A stretch of DNA of 46,714 bases. Origin: Syntrophaceae bacterium UBA2192 (GTDB lineage Bacteria; Desulfobacterota; Syntrophia; Syntrophales; UBA2192). The notes under the pieces were generated by a model that was not told the DNA's origin, searched no databases, and saw only the letters and a list, made by a program, of their open reading frames with translations. A program made the translations under genes and the position numbers. The stretch is taken from assembly GCA_002327315.1 (NCBI GenBank), contig DCVI01000173.1, positions 10,971 through 57,684 on the forward strand. Direction: 5' to 3'. Shown here in pieces: positions 19,064 to 27,187 of the stretch (the stretch's first letter is position 1; every line of letters begins with the position of its first letter).

Positions 19064-19774
19064 GTGAACAGGAAAGAACGGGACAAGCTGATTCTGAAAT
19101 ACGCTCCGCTCGTCAAGAGCATTGTCGACAGGATCGCCTGCAAGGTACCGGGGCATGTGGCCGAGCGGAATGACCTCGTCAACGTGGGAGTCATCGGCCT
19201 GATCTCCGCCCTGGAGAAATTCGACAAGTCGCGCAACGTGCAGTTCGAGACCTACGCACGCTTCCGAATCCGCGGGGCGGTCCTCGACGAGTTGCGGGCG
19301 AGGGACTGGCAGCCGCGATCGGCGCGTAACAAAGACGCCAGGATCGAGAAGGCGATGCGGGCCCTTCAGAAGCAGCTGGGACGGCCACCGGACGAGATGG
19401 AAGTGGCCGAGTTTCTCGATCTGCCCCTCGAGGACTACTATCAGCTCCTCGACGAGGCCTCGGGGGTGTCGCTTCTCTCGAGCGAGGATCTGCCGCCCGA
19501 CTACTGTGAGAAGTACGCCACCTATGACGTGCTGGAGAAGATGGACCAGGGCTCTCCCCTGTCGATCCTGGCCCGGGGCGAGGTGAAGAAGATCCTCAAG
19601 GACGCAATCGAGGCGCTTCCCGACAAGGAAAAGCTGGTGCTGTCGCTCTACTACTATGAAGAGCTCACCATGAAGGAGATCGGCTGCGTTCTCAGCCTCA
19701 CCGAATCGCGGGTCTGCCAGCTCCACTCCCAGGCCGTGCTGCGGCTGCGGGGCAGGGTGAAGGACCTGAGTTAA
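19064..19774 (+). CDS. fliA: Flagellar sigma factor FliA (sigma-28)
   Basis: FETYARFRIRGAVLDELRARDW, LYYYEELTMKEIG..LSLTESRVCQLH. Confidence 0.97.
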   Translation: MNRKERDKLILKYAPLVKSIVDRIACKVPGHVAERNDLVNVGVIGLISALEKFDKSRNVQFETYARFRIRGAVLDELRARDWQPRSARNKDARIEKAMRALQKQLGRPPDEMEVAEFLDLPLEDYYQLLDEASGVSLLSSEDLPPDYCEKYATYDVLEKMDQGSPLSILARGEVKKILKDAIEALPDKEKLVLSLYYYEELTMKEIGCVLSLTESRVCQLHSQAVLRLRGRVKDLS

Positions 19775-19786
19775 GCAGGCATAGCC

Positions 19787-20428
19787 ATGGCAAGACGCGT
19801 TGATCTCGATCTTCTGGAACAGGACGCCTCAGTGGCCCCCCCGCAGGACGCGCCCCCCGCGTCCGGCCCGGAGCCTGGACAGGCGCCCGAGGTTCGGGCA
19901 TCGCTGCGTTTCCGGTTCCGCAATATTCTGCAGAACACCCTGGCCCGGTTCAAGCGCCCCGACGTTGCCTTCAACTGGAAATCCCTTCTGAGATGGAAGG
20001 TGCTGGTGCCCGCCGGGGCCGCTGTTGCCCTCCTTGTGAGCGCCTCCGCCGTCTACGTTCTTACCCAGAAGCAGGAAGCGGCACGTCTGGCCGCCGAGCA
20101 GAAGAGTCTGGCCGCCTCCACGGTCCCGGTGGTCCGCGAGGCCGTCTTCGCCGATTTCAGCATCGACCTCAAAGACGCCCAGGGCCGATACCGGTTCCTG
20201 CTGTGCGACGTCACCATCGAGTTCCAGTCGGAGGTGACCCTGACGGATGATCGGAAGGTGGAGATCCGGAAGATCATTTACATGTCGGCCAAGAAGAAAG
20301 GCACTGAACTGATCCGGGTCTCCGATTCCGGCGAGAGGTTCAAGAAGGAGATGCGCAGCGAACTCCGGGATCTCCTGGGTGAAGGTGCGCTGAAGGACAT
20401 TTACATCACCCGGTATGTGCTGATATAA
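19787..20428 (+). CDS. Second, divergent FliL-family protein
   Basis: TM then FSIDLKD...RFLLCDVTIE...IRKIIY...KDIYITRYVLI, paralleling the FliL C-domain. Confidence 0.65.
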   Translation: MARRVDLDLLEQDASVAPPQDAPPASGPEPGQAPEVRASLRFRFRNILQNTLARFKRPDVAFNWKSLLRWKVLVPAGAAVALLVSASAVYVLTQKQEAARLAAEQKSLAASTVPVVREAVFADFSIDLKDAQGRYRFLLCDVTIEFQSEVTLTDDRKVEIRKIIYMSAKKKGTELIRVSDSGERFKKEMRSELRDLLGEGALKDIYITRYVLI

Positions 20429-20435
20429 GAAAAAG

Positions 20436-20463
20436 GGCATCCGGATTCGGGATTCAGGCATCC
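20436..20463 (+). repeat. Degenerate heptamer array x4
   Basis: ggcatcc ggattcg ggattca ggcatcc. Confidence 0.7.
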
Positions 20464-20482
20464 GGACATGAAGGAATAATAA

Positions 20483-20824
20483 ATGAAACGACTCAAAATC
20501 ACAGGTTTTGTTCTCATGCTGATCGCGTTCAGTTGTACATGGGTCTATGCCCTCACGACCGAGGAGGTCATCAAGCTCAAGAAGGCGGGCGTGAGCGATG
20601 AGACCATACGGACCATGATCGAGCAGGAAAAGGCCGCGGCGGAGCGAAACCCTTCCGACCGGATGGGCGTCAGGGAGGTCAAGGATGCCGAGGGAAACAC
20701 GTCGGTAGTCTATTCCACCGGTGCCCCCTCGGCCCCCACGCAAGGCGGCTCGGAGCAGGAAAAGGTTGAGAAGGCATGGAAAATGCTTCAGAATCAAAAT
20801 ATGATCATCGACAACCGGCGATAG
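20483..20824 (+). CDS. Small exported hypothetical protein
   Basis: AAGGA RBS, signal peptide ending VYA, then LTTEEVIKLKKAGVSDETI. Confidence 0.75.
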   Translation: MKRLKITGFVLMLIAFSCTWVYALTTEEVIKLKKAGVSDETIRTMIEQEKAAAERNPSDRMGVREVKDAEGNTSVVYSTGAPSAPTQGGSEQEKVEKAWKMLQNQNMIIDNRR

Positions 20825-20829
20825 AAGAA

Positions 20830-20861
20830 GAGGGTAAGAAGGGTAGAAGGTAAGAGGGTTG
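20830..20861 (+). repeat. Octamer array, GARGGTAA-type x4
   Basis: GAGGGTAA GAAGGGTA GAAGGTAA GAGGGTTG. Confidence 0.75.
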
Positions 20862-20923
20862 GAGAAAATCACGGGTCTTTAGAAAGCTTCGGAGAGGACC
20901 GGAAGAAAGCGGAGAAAGAGGAT

Positions 20924-21748
20924 ATGATCAAGCCCAAGGAAGTGAAGGAAACGAGGGAAGCGGACGTTTTCCGGTTCCTGGAGCGGGAATTCGAAGGCAC
21001 GTTCATCGAGGAACTCATCCCGGGGATCCTGCACAACTTCGCCAATCCCCTCAACGGGATCATCGGTCGCACCAGGCTCCTGCAGCGGCGTCTCGAGGAG
21101 GCGATCCGCAAGACCCGCGAGGCATTCCCGGAGGCGGAACGCATCCTTTCGGAGGACCACGCGAAGCTGCTCAAGGACATCGATCTCATCACCCACGAGT
21201 CGGACCGGCTCTTCGACCTCTTTAAACACGTCTCGGGGAAGTTCTACGCCATCGGCGACCGCAACATACAGCAGGTCAACATCTCGGAACTCGTGGAGAA
21301 CGAGATCCGGTTTTTCGATTTCTACCTCGATTTCAAGCACAATGTGAAGAAGATCATGGATCTCGACGGGGACCTGCACGACGTGAGCGGCTCCCCCGCC
21401 GACTACTCCATGTTCATCTCCACGTGGGTGCGCTACGCGATGGAGGCCATGAGGGAGAGTCCCGTAAAGGAGTTCTTCGTCTCCACGACACGCCGCAACG
21501 GCCACGTCATCCTCAAGTTTCAGGACACGGGCAGCCCGCTGCCGATTGAACTGAAAGAAGCGATCCTGAAAGGACGTCCGGGACAGGGATTGAAGGACGA
21601 GAGGGCCTCGAGGCTTCTGCTGGCGATATCTCTCGTCCGCAAGTACGACGTGACCTTTGAGATCGGCCACGAGGCGGGGATCAATATTTTCTCCGTCGAA
21701 ATTCCCTGTAAGTCGGTGGGAATGCGTAAGAAGGCGGTGCGGAGATAA
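20924..21748 (+). CDS. Sensor-less histidine kinase-like protein with degenerate ATPase domain
   Basis: H-box GILHNFANPLNGIIG; N, G1 and G2 boxes degenerate. Confidence 0.75.
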   Translation: MIKPKEVKETREADVFRFLEREFEGTFIEELIPGILHNFANPLNGIIGRTRLLQRRLEEAIRKTREAFPEAERILSEDHAKLLKDIDLITHESDRLFDLFKHVSGKFYAIGDRNIQQVNISELVENEIRFFDFYLDFKHNVKKIMDLDGDLHDVSGSPADYSMFISTWVRYAMEAMRESPVKEFFVSTTRRNGHVILKFQDTGSPLPIELKEAILKGRPGQGLKDERASRLLLAISLVRKYDVTFEIGHEAGINIFSVEIPCKSVGMRKKAVRR

Positions 21749-21751
21749 AAA

Positions 21752-21793
21752 AGGCTACAGGCTACAGGCTACAGGCTAAAGGCTAAAGGCAGA
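21752..21793 (+). repeat. Heptamer array (AGGCTAC)3(AGGCTAA)2 AGGCAGA
   Basis: Read directly, 3 nt after the stop codon. Confidence 0.9.
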
Positions 21794-21868
21794 AATCAAC
21801 CCGATACGGGAAACGAAGAGCAGGAAACAAGTTTCACCGGCTCATTAACATAAAAAGCACGGCGTAAT

Positions 21869-21896
21869 TAAAGATTACGGCCTGATCCGTCGATTG
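21869..21896 (+). promoter_or_regulatory. Sigma-28 promoter
   Basis: TAAAG-N15-GTCGATTG. Confidence 0.7.
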
Positions 21897-21983
21897 CATG
21901 AGCAGGGACTCCGGAAGAACCCTTCTGAAGGCCCCGATTGCTGCTGCCCAAGGGTAAACCGTCCCGGAGGAGGCGATCCGGTC

Positions 21984-22304
21984 ATGTTGAGGGCGGTCGA
22001 TGTACAGCAAGTCCTGTTGCAGACGACGTCGGTGGAGCGAATCCAGCAGACGCAGCAGCAGCAGTCCGACCTCCAGCAGCGCTACATTGCCATGCACTCA
22101 ATCGAGGAGAAGAAAATCCTCAAGGAGAAGGTCAAGGAATCGGATGAGACCGATAAGGCCCGGATCCAGCGCGAGGAGGAACGGGAGCGGAAGCGCAAGA
22201 TGGTCCGGGATCCTCAGAAGGCGGAGCAAAGGCAGTTGCTGACTCCCGAGGAGGACGAACCTCCGGAGGAGGGGATGGGGGGCAGGATCAACATCCGCGT
22301 CTGA
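21984..22304 (+). CDS. Hypothetical flagellum-associated protein (Q/E/K-rich, C-terminal GGRINIRV)
   Basis: GGAGGAGG RBS before ATG 21984; lies downstream of the sigma-28 promoter. Confidence 0.75.
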   Translation: MLRAVDVQQVLLQTTSVERIQQTQQQQSDLQQRYIAMHSIEEKKILKEKVKESDETDKARIQREEERERKRKMVRDPQKAEQRQLLTPEEDEPPEEGMGGRINIRV

Positions 22305-22370
22305 CGAGGCTGTTGACCGGGGGCGCATCCCGCAGGAGGCCTTGAGTTTGTCTTCAGGCATCAAGACTGC

Positions 22371-22465
22371 GAAGATCGGAAGAGCAGAAGTGAGGAAGAG
22401 CGGATAAGAGAAAGAACAATCCTCTATCCAGTCCGAGCTTCATGACTTCATAGCTTCCTAACTTC
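22371..22465. repeat. Inverted pair of octamer arrays (GAAGNNNR)4 and (NNNNCTTC)4
   Basis: Purine arm 22371-22402; pyrimidine arm 22434-22465. Confidence 0.8.
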
Positions 22466-22572
22466 TATCTTTTCAAGGCGCCTTGCATCCGGTCATTTTT
22501 GAACAGCCTGGAAGCAATCAGACTTACAACCGTCGTCTCAGCGCTTCCTCAAATCTGCAGCGGTGCATGTTC

Positions 22573-23052
22573 ATGACCGATATCAATCCCCAGATCTTTT
22601 TTGCCATCCAGGTCGCGGCCGACGTCGTGCTGTGTCTTGCCGTCATCTTCATCCTCAGCCGGGTCAATCGGGAGCTGAAAGGACGAAAGTCGACGATCGA
22701 CCCGAGGGCCATGTCTGAACTGGGGCGGCTCATCCAGGAATCCCAGAACGCCACCTCGAACCTGATGCAGGCTATGGAGGAAAGCCGAAAGGCCCTCCGG
22801 GACGTATCCCTGTCGATCGACGAAAAGGAAGATCGCCTGATGCGCCTCATGAAGCAGGCATCCTCGCACATCGACAGGCTTGACAAGACAAGCGCCGTCC
22901 TGGAGGCCCTCCCCGGCAAGAGGAACGGCGAGGTGATCCGTCTCGCCGATCAGGGGTTCACGCCGGCCGAGATCGCCGACAGCCTCGGGCTTACGGAAGG
23001 GGAGGTCAGCCTCATCCTCGACCTTTCCCGCCGCCGAAGTGACGGCCGCTGA
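22573..23052 (+). CDS. SwrB/DUF6115/DUF2802-like membrane-anchored protein
   Basis: N-terminal TM, coiled coil, C-terminal VIRLADQGFTPAEIADSLGLTEGEVSLILDL. Start is 22567 or 22573. Confidence 0.7.
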   Translation: MTDINPQIFFAIQVAADVVLCLAVIFILSRVNRELKGRKSTIDPRAMSELGRLIQESQNATSNLMQAMEESRKALRDVSLSIDEKEDRLMRLMKQASSHIDRLDKTSAVLEALPGKRNGEVIRLADQGFTPAEIADSLGLTEGEVSLILDLSRRRSDGR

Positions 23053-24197
23053 TGCCCTCCGACGTCAATTTCCCGCCTGTATTCAAGCCGCTCGTTGACC
23101 CTGTCGTGCAAATCAAGCTTGCGCAGCTGCCTTCAACCGGCCTGTCCATCGGGCAGACGGTGGAAGCCCGTGTGATGGAGAGGCTCGATGACCGCCGGTT
23201 CATCATCCGCATCGGCTCGAGCCACCTCACGGCGGAGGCGGAGCCGACCCTGCGGCCGGGTCAGGCGATGACGCTCCGAGTAGACAGTCTGAGCCCCAGG
23301 GTCCTTCTGTCCGTTGCGCCCCCGCCCGAGGAGCGCATCACCGCAGAGCATCTGCGGGTTTGCCGGAGCAACCCCGGCGCGCTCACACAGAGCCTCGCCG
23401 AGCTTGCCGAGATCGCCGGCGGCGTGCGGGGTGCCGATTTCTCCCGCCTCGCCGGCCGCGATAACCTGGCGGCCCTGCTCGATGCGCTGGCATCGGCCAT
23501 GCTTGGCCTGGAGCAGATCGAAAGGGGCTTTTCGCTGCGCGATGCCGTCCGGTCCCTGGGGCTCTCGCTCGAGGGCGATCTGAGAAAGGCCCTGGAGAGC
23601 CCCGGTTCGAACCCGGTCCCCTCACAGTCCGGCCTCAAGGCGTGCCTGATGAAGGTTCTCGAGGAATTCCGGGCGAAGCTCCAATCAGCGGAAATCCAAC
23701 CAGCCGACGCCAACGCGATCCGTGAGCTTACCCCGGTCCTGGAAAGGACCGTGCGGGCCATTGAGAGTCAACAGGTTCTCAACGTTCACTTCCAGGAAAC
23801 CGAGGGGAAGCTTCTCCTGCAGGTCCCCCTCATCCTTCCCGGCCTCACGGGGAAAGCGGATATTTTTATCCGCGATGAAGAATGGTGCCCCGGCGAGGGG
23901 AAGAAAAAAGAGGCTTTCCGGGTAGTCTTTGCCCTCGAGATGGATGCCCTGGGCGACGTGATGGCGCAGGCGCACTTTCGCGCAAAAGAGGCAACCATCC
24001 GGATTTGTTGCGAAAAAGAGCCCGTAGCATCCTTTGTTTCCGGGCTGCTGCCGGAACTGGAAAAACATCTCATCGCGGCGGGCTACCATGTTGCGAAACT
24101 TGTTGTCTCTGCGGACAGCAACGTCCGGGAGGCGATTCAAGAGTGCATCCGGGAAGAATTGTATGGGGATGGGCAGACGCTAAATCTTTTCGCCTGA
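23052..24197 (+). CDS. Second FliK-like protein (FliK-C-like domain)
   Basis: C-terminal VVFALEMDALGDVMA...LLPELEKHLIAAGY; followed by a FlhB-C homolog. Confidence 0.65.
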   Translation: MPSDVNFPPVFKPLVDPVVQIKLAQLPSTGLSIGQTVEARVMERLDDRRFIIRIGSSHLTAEAEPTLRPGQAMTLRVDSLSPRVLLSVAPPPEERITAEHLRVCRSNPGALTQSLAELAEIAGGVRGADFSRLAGRDNLAALLDALASAMLGLEQIERGFSLRDAVRSLGLSLEGDLRKALESPGSNPVPSQSGLKACLMKVLEEFRAKLQSAEIQPADANAIRELTPVLERTVRAIESQQVLNVHFQETEGKLLLQVPLILPGLTGKADIFIRDEEWCPGEGKKKEAFRVVFALEMDALGDVMAQAHFRAKEATIRICCEKEPVASFVSGLLPELEKHLIAAGYHVAKLVVSADSNVREAIQECIREELYGDGQTLNLFA

Positions 24198-24208
24198 TGG
24201 CGAAAAGG

Positions 24209-24257
24209 GGCCTCAGGCTTCTGGAATCCGGATTCCGGAAGCCCGAAGCCCGAATCC
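24209..24257. repeat. Quasi-palindromic heptamer array (GGCTTC-type then GAAGCC-type)
   Basis: ggcctca ggcttct ggaatcc ggattcc ggaagcc cgaagcc cgaatcc. Confidence 0.7.
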
Positions 24258-24294
24258 GAAACTGGAGTCGGAAGATACAGACGAGGCTTTCATT

Positions 24295-24600
24295 ATGCCG
24301 GTGAAGAAGAAAAAGGACAGTGAACAGCCCCGGATTGCGGCGGCGATCCGATACGACGCCGCCAGGGACGATGCCCCGAGGCTCACGGCAAAAGGGAAAG
24401 GTCATGTGGCCGAGAGGATCATCGAGCTTGCCCGGCAGCACGACATCCCGGTCCGCAGCGACAAGGCCCTGATCCAGATCCTGAGCCAGCTCGACATCGA
24501 CCGGCACATCCCGCCTGAACTGTACAAGGCCGTGGCGGAGATCCTCGCCTTTGTCTATTCCGCGAACGAGAAGTACCGCGACAACCAGGGTCAAGGATAA
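24295..24600 (+). CDS. Stand-alone FlhB cytoplasmic-domain homolog (EscU/YscU/FlhX-like)
   Basis: AAAIRYD...APRLTAKGKGHVAERIIELARQHDIP...IPPELYKAVAEILAFVY aligns with FlhB after NPTH. Confidence 0.9.
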   Translation: MPVKKKKDSEQPRIAAAIRYDAARDDAPRLTAKGKGHVAERIIELARQHDIPVRSDKALIQILSQLDIDRHIPPELYKAVAEILAFVYSANEKYRDNQGQG

Positions 24601-24621
24601 AGGACAAAGGATAAAGGTTCA
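24587..24621 (+). repeat. Heptamer array (AGGAYAA-type) overlapping the stop codon
   Basis: agggtca aggataa aggacaa aggataa aggttca. Confidence 0.75.
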
Positions 24622-24792
24622 GAAAAAGACGGGAAAACATGCCGCAGGCAATATTTTCCCTCCAAGCCCAAAATTGCCCGATCCCGCTCACAACTTCGCT
24701 TTAGTCAGTCTCCTGATCCAGCCGTCCCGTAAAACCACCCATCTTAAGAATGTGCGTAAAGTCATGTACTTAACCCCCGTTCCCTTTCTTTT

Positions 24793-24825
24793 GCCTGATG
24801 CCTGAAGCCTGATGCCTGAAGCCTG
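24793..24825 (+). repeat. Heptamer array (GCCTGAW)4 plus GCCTG
   Basis: Ends 7 nt before the sigma-54 box. Confidence 0.9.
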
Positions 24826-24832
24826 TCCCGTA

Positions 24833-24848
24833 TGGCACAGCCGTTGCT
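24833..24848 (+). promoter_or_regulatory. Sigma-54 promoter of flgFGAHIJ
   Basis: TGGCAC-agccg-TTGCT, perfect consensus. Confidence 0.88.
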
Positions 24849-24891
24849 CCACTGCAGAGCAACACCCGCGTAAGGAGAAGGAACCGGCAAT

Positions 24892-25605
24892 ATGATGTAC
24901 GGAGTAAACACGGCAGTCAGTGCCGCCGTCAAGAAGCTTTCACAGCACGACTACGTGACCCACAACCTGGCAAACGCCAACACGCCGGGATTCAAAGCCG
25001 AGCGGCTCATCTATGTGCGAAAGCCCGCCACGGACACCATGGCCGAGGACAGTTACAGTCACGATCCCGTCGTACTCATCGACCACTCCCCGGGCACGCT
25101 GCAGAAGAGCGGCAACCCGCTCGACGTGGCCATCCAGGGCGAGGGGTTTTTCGTCGTCGAGACCAAGGACGGCGAGCGCTACACCCGAAACGGCAGCTTC
25201 ACCCTCAATCAGAACGGCGAGATGGTGACCCAGTCCGGCGATGCCGTGATGGGCGAGGGGGGCCGGATCACCATTACCGGGAGAAAAGTCGAGATCTCGA
25301 ACGCGGGGGCCGTCAGCGTCGACGGCAGCGAGGTGGGCAAGCTCAAGATCGTCGACTTCAAGAAGAAGGACGCGCTCGTGAAGCGGGGGACAGGCCTTTT
25401 CGAGGCCTCCGGCAAGGCCGAGCAGACCGCGGTGGACACCCCGGAGGTCCGCTCGGGCCACCTCGAGACATCCAATATCCAGGCCGTGAAGGAGATGGTC
25501 GAGATGATTGACATCCAGCGCTCCTTTGAGGCCTATCTCAAGGTCATGCAGACGATCAGCGAGCAGGACCGGATGTCGACGAACCGCATCGGCAAAATAT
25601 TTTAG
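24892..25605 (+). CDS. flgF: Basal-body rod protein FlgF
   Basis: HNLANANTPGFKAE, YTRNGSF, LETSNIQAVKEMVEMI; precedes flgG. Confidence 0.9.
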   Translation: MMYGVNTAVSAAVKKLSQHDYVTHNLANANTPGFKAERLIYVRKPATDTMAEDSYSHDPVVLIDHSPGTLQKSGNPLDVAIQGEGFFVVETKDGERYTRNGSFTLNQNGEMVTQSGDAVMGEGGRITITGRKVEISNAGAVSVDGSEVGKLKIVDFKKKDALVKRGTGLFEASGKAEQTAVDTPEVRSGHLETSNIQAVKEMVEMIDIQRSFEAYLKVMQTISEQDRMSTNRIGKIF

Positions 25606-25638
25606 GCTAAAGGCAAAAGGTAAAAGGCTAAAGGGTAC
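25604..25638 (+). repeat. Heptamer array (AGGYWAA-type)
   Basis: aggctaa aggcaaa aggtaaa aggctaa agggtac, starting in the flgF stop. Confidence 0.8.
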
Positions 25639-25649
25639 GGGAGGAGAAA

Positions 25650-26435
25650 ATGATCCGATCTTTATACACGGCGGCAACGGGCATGATTGCCCAGCAGATC
25701 AACCAGGATGTCGTCGCCAACAACCTTGCGAACGTTCAGACCCCCGGATTCAAGAGTTCCAGGGCCGAGTTCCAGGACCTCATGTACCAGGTCAGCCGGC
25801 AGGCGGGCGTGGAGACCACTTCCGGGACCGCCCTGCCCCTGGGCATGGAAGTGGGCCTGGGCTCCAAGCTCACGTCGATCCAGAAGTCCTTCACCCAGGG
25901 CGATTACCAGCAGACGGGAAACCGCTTCGACTGGGCCATCGAGGGCGACGGCTTCTTCCAGGTCGATGACGGCAACGGAAAGACCCTCTACACCCGGGCG
26001 GGAAGCTGGAAGATCAGCAAGGACCTCTACCTCGTGAACTCCGAGGGCCTCAAGCTCACCCCCGAGGTCACCGTGCCAGCGGGAACGGTCAACTTTACCG
26101 TGGATACCGGCGGCACCTGGACGGCCAAGGACAAGGCCGGGGCGACCCTCTCCACGGGCCGCCTCGAGCTGGCCAAGTTTGCCAACCCGGCGGGCCTCAC
26201 CAACCTGGGCCGGAACCTCTATGCCAAGACGGACGGCTCCGGCGAGCCCGTGACGGGCAACCCCGACACGGAGGGCTTCGGGACCATCTCCCAGACCTTC
26301 CTGGAGATGTCCAACGTCAACGTCGTCGATGAGATGGTGCAGATGATCATCGGCCAGAGGGCATACGAAATCAACTCCAAGGCCATCCAGACGGCCGATA
26401 ACATGCTGCAGCTTGTGAACAACCTCAAGAGGTAA
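25650..26435 (+). CDS. flgG: Distal rod protein FlgG
   Basis: MIRSLYTAATGM...AEFQDLMYQ...QRAYEINSKAIQTADNMLQ. Confidence 0.97.
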   Translation: MIRSLYTAATGMIAQQINQDVVANNLANVQTPGFKSSRAEFQDLMYQVSRQAGVETTSGTALPLGMEVGLGSKLTSIQKSFTQGDYQQTGNRFDWAIEGDGFFQVDDGNGKTLYTRAGSWKISKDLYLVNSEGLKLTPEVTVPAGTVNFTVDTGGTWTAKDKAGATLSTGRLELAKFANPAGLTNLGRNLYAKTDGSGEPVTGNPDTEGFGTISQTFLEMSNVNVVDEMVQMIIGQRAYEINSKAIQTADNMLQLVNNLKR

Positions 26436-26441
26436 GAAGCG

Positions 26442-27167
26442 ATGAAACGGCACATCGTCCCATGGGCACTCGCGGTATTCGTGATCCTCAGCGTGCTTGC
26501 GGCCGGTCCGGCCCCCGTCTACGGGGCCTCAACAACGGGCGAGACGGCGATCAAGGATGCCGTGAAAAAGCACATCGAGGACCATGCAACCTGGCCGAAG
26601 GACCGGATCCGCGTCGAATTTCTCGGCGCCATGCCCCAGGCGGCCACCCCCTCGGGGAATGCAAACCTTCAGGTCCGCAGCCGCGCCGGTGAGCATTACA
26701 TCGGGCGTACCTCCTTTGCGGTCCGCTTTTGCAAGGGCGACACCTTTATCCGCGAAGAGACGGTCCGCGTGAGGATCGAGGTGCTCACCGACGTCGTCGC
26801 CGGCACCCACGGCATTGCCCGCGACCACATCATCGGGCCGGGCGACGTGATGGTGACGAGCAAGTGGATGGACACGGCCACCACGGGGGTCCTGACGGAC
26901 GCCGGCGAGGCCGTGGGCAAGAAGGCCGCCATGCGGCTCAATGCCGGCACGGAGATCACGAGGCAGATGCTGCGCTCGGTGCCTGTCGTAAAGAAGGGCG
27001 AGGTGGTTCGCGTCGTCCTGGAGAGCGGTCCCATGGCCATTTCGACCGTAGGCCTGTGCCAGGAGGATGGAGGCCAGGGGGATCTCGTACGCGTCCAGAA
27101 CCTCTCGTCGAAGAAGATCATCTTCGCCAGGGTGATGGCGGCGTCCCTGGTCCGTGTCGATTTCTGA
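26442..27167 (+). CDS. flgA: P-ring chaperone FlgA
   Basis: Signal peptide, SAF-like region, VVKKGEVV...EDGGQGDLVRVQNLSSKKII. Confidence 0.92.
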   Translation: MKRHIVPWALAVFVILSVLAAGPAPVYGASTTGETAIKDAVKKHIEDHATWPKDRIRVEFLGAMPQAATPSGNANLQVRSRAGEHYIGRTSFAVRFCKGDTFIREETVRVRIEVLTDVVAGTHGIARDHIIGPGDVMVTSKWMDTATTGVLTDAGEAVGKKAAMRLNAGTEITRQMLRSVPVVKKGEVVRVVLESGPMAISTVGLCQEDGGQGDLVRVQNLSSKKIIFARVMAASLVRVDF

Positions 27168-27187
27168 AACAAAGGATGGGTTCGATC

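Noticed and set aside
2521-25638. Tandem arrays as CRISPR repeats
   Set aside because: Units are 7-8 nt with no unique spacers and no cas genes
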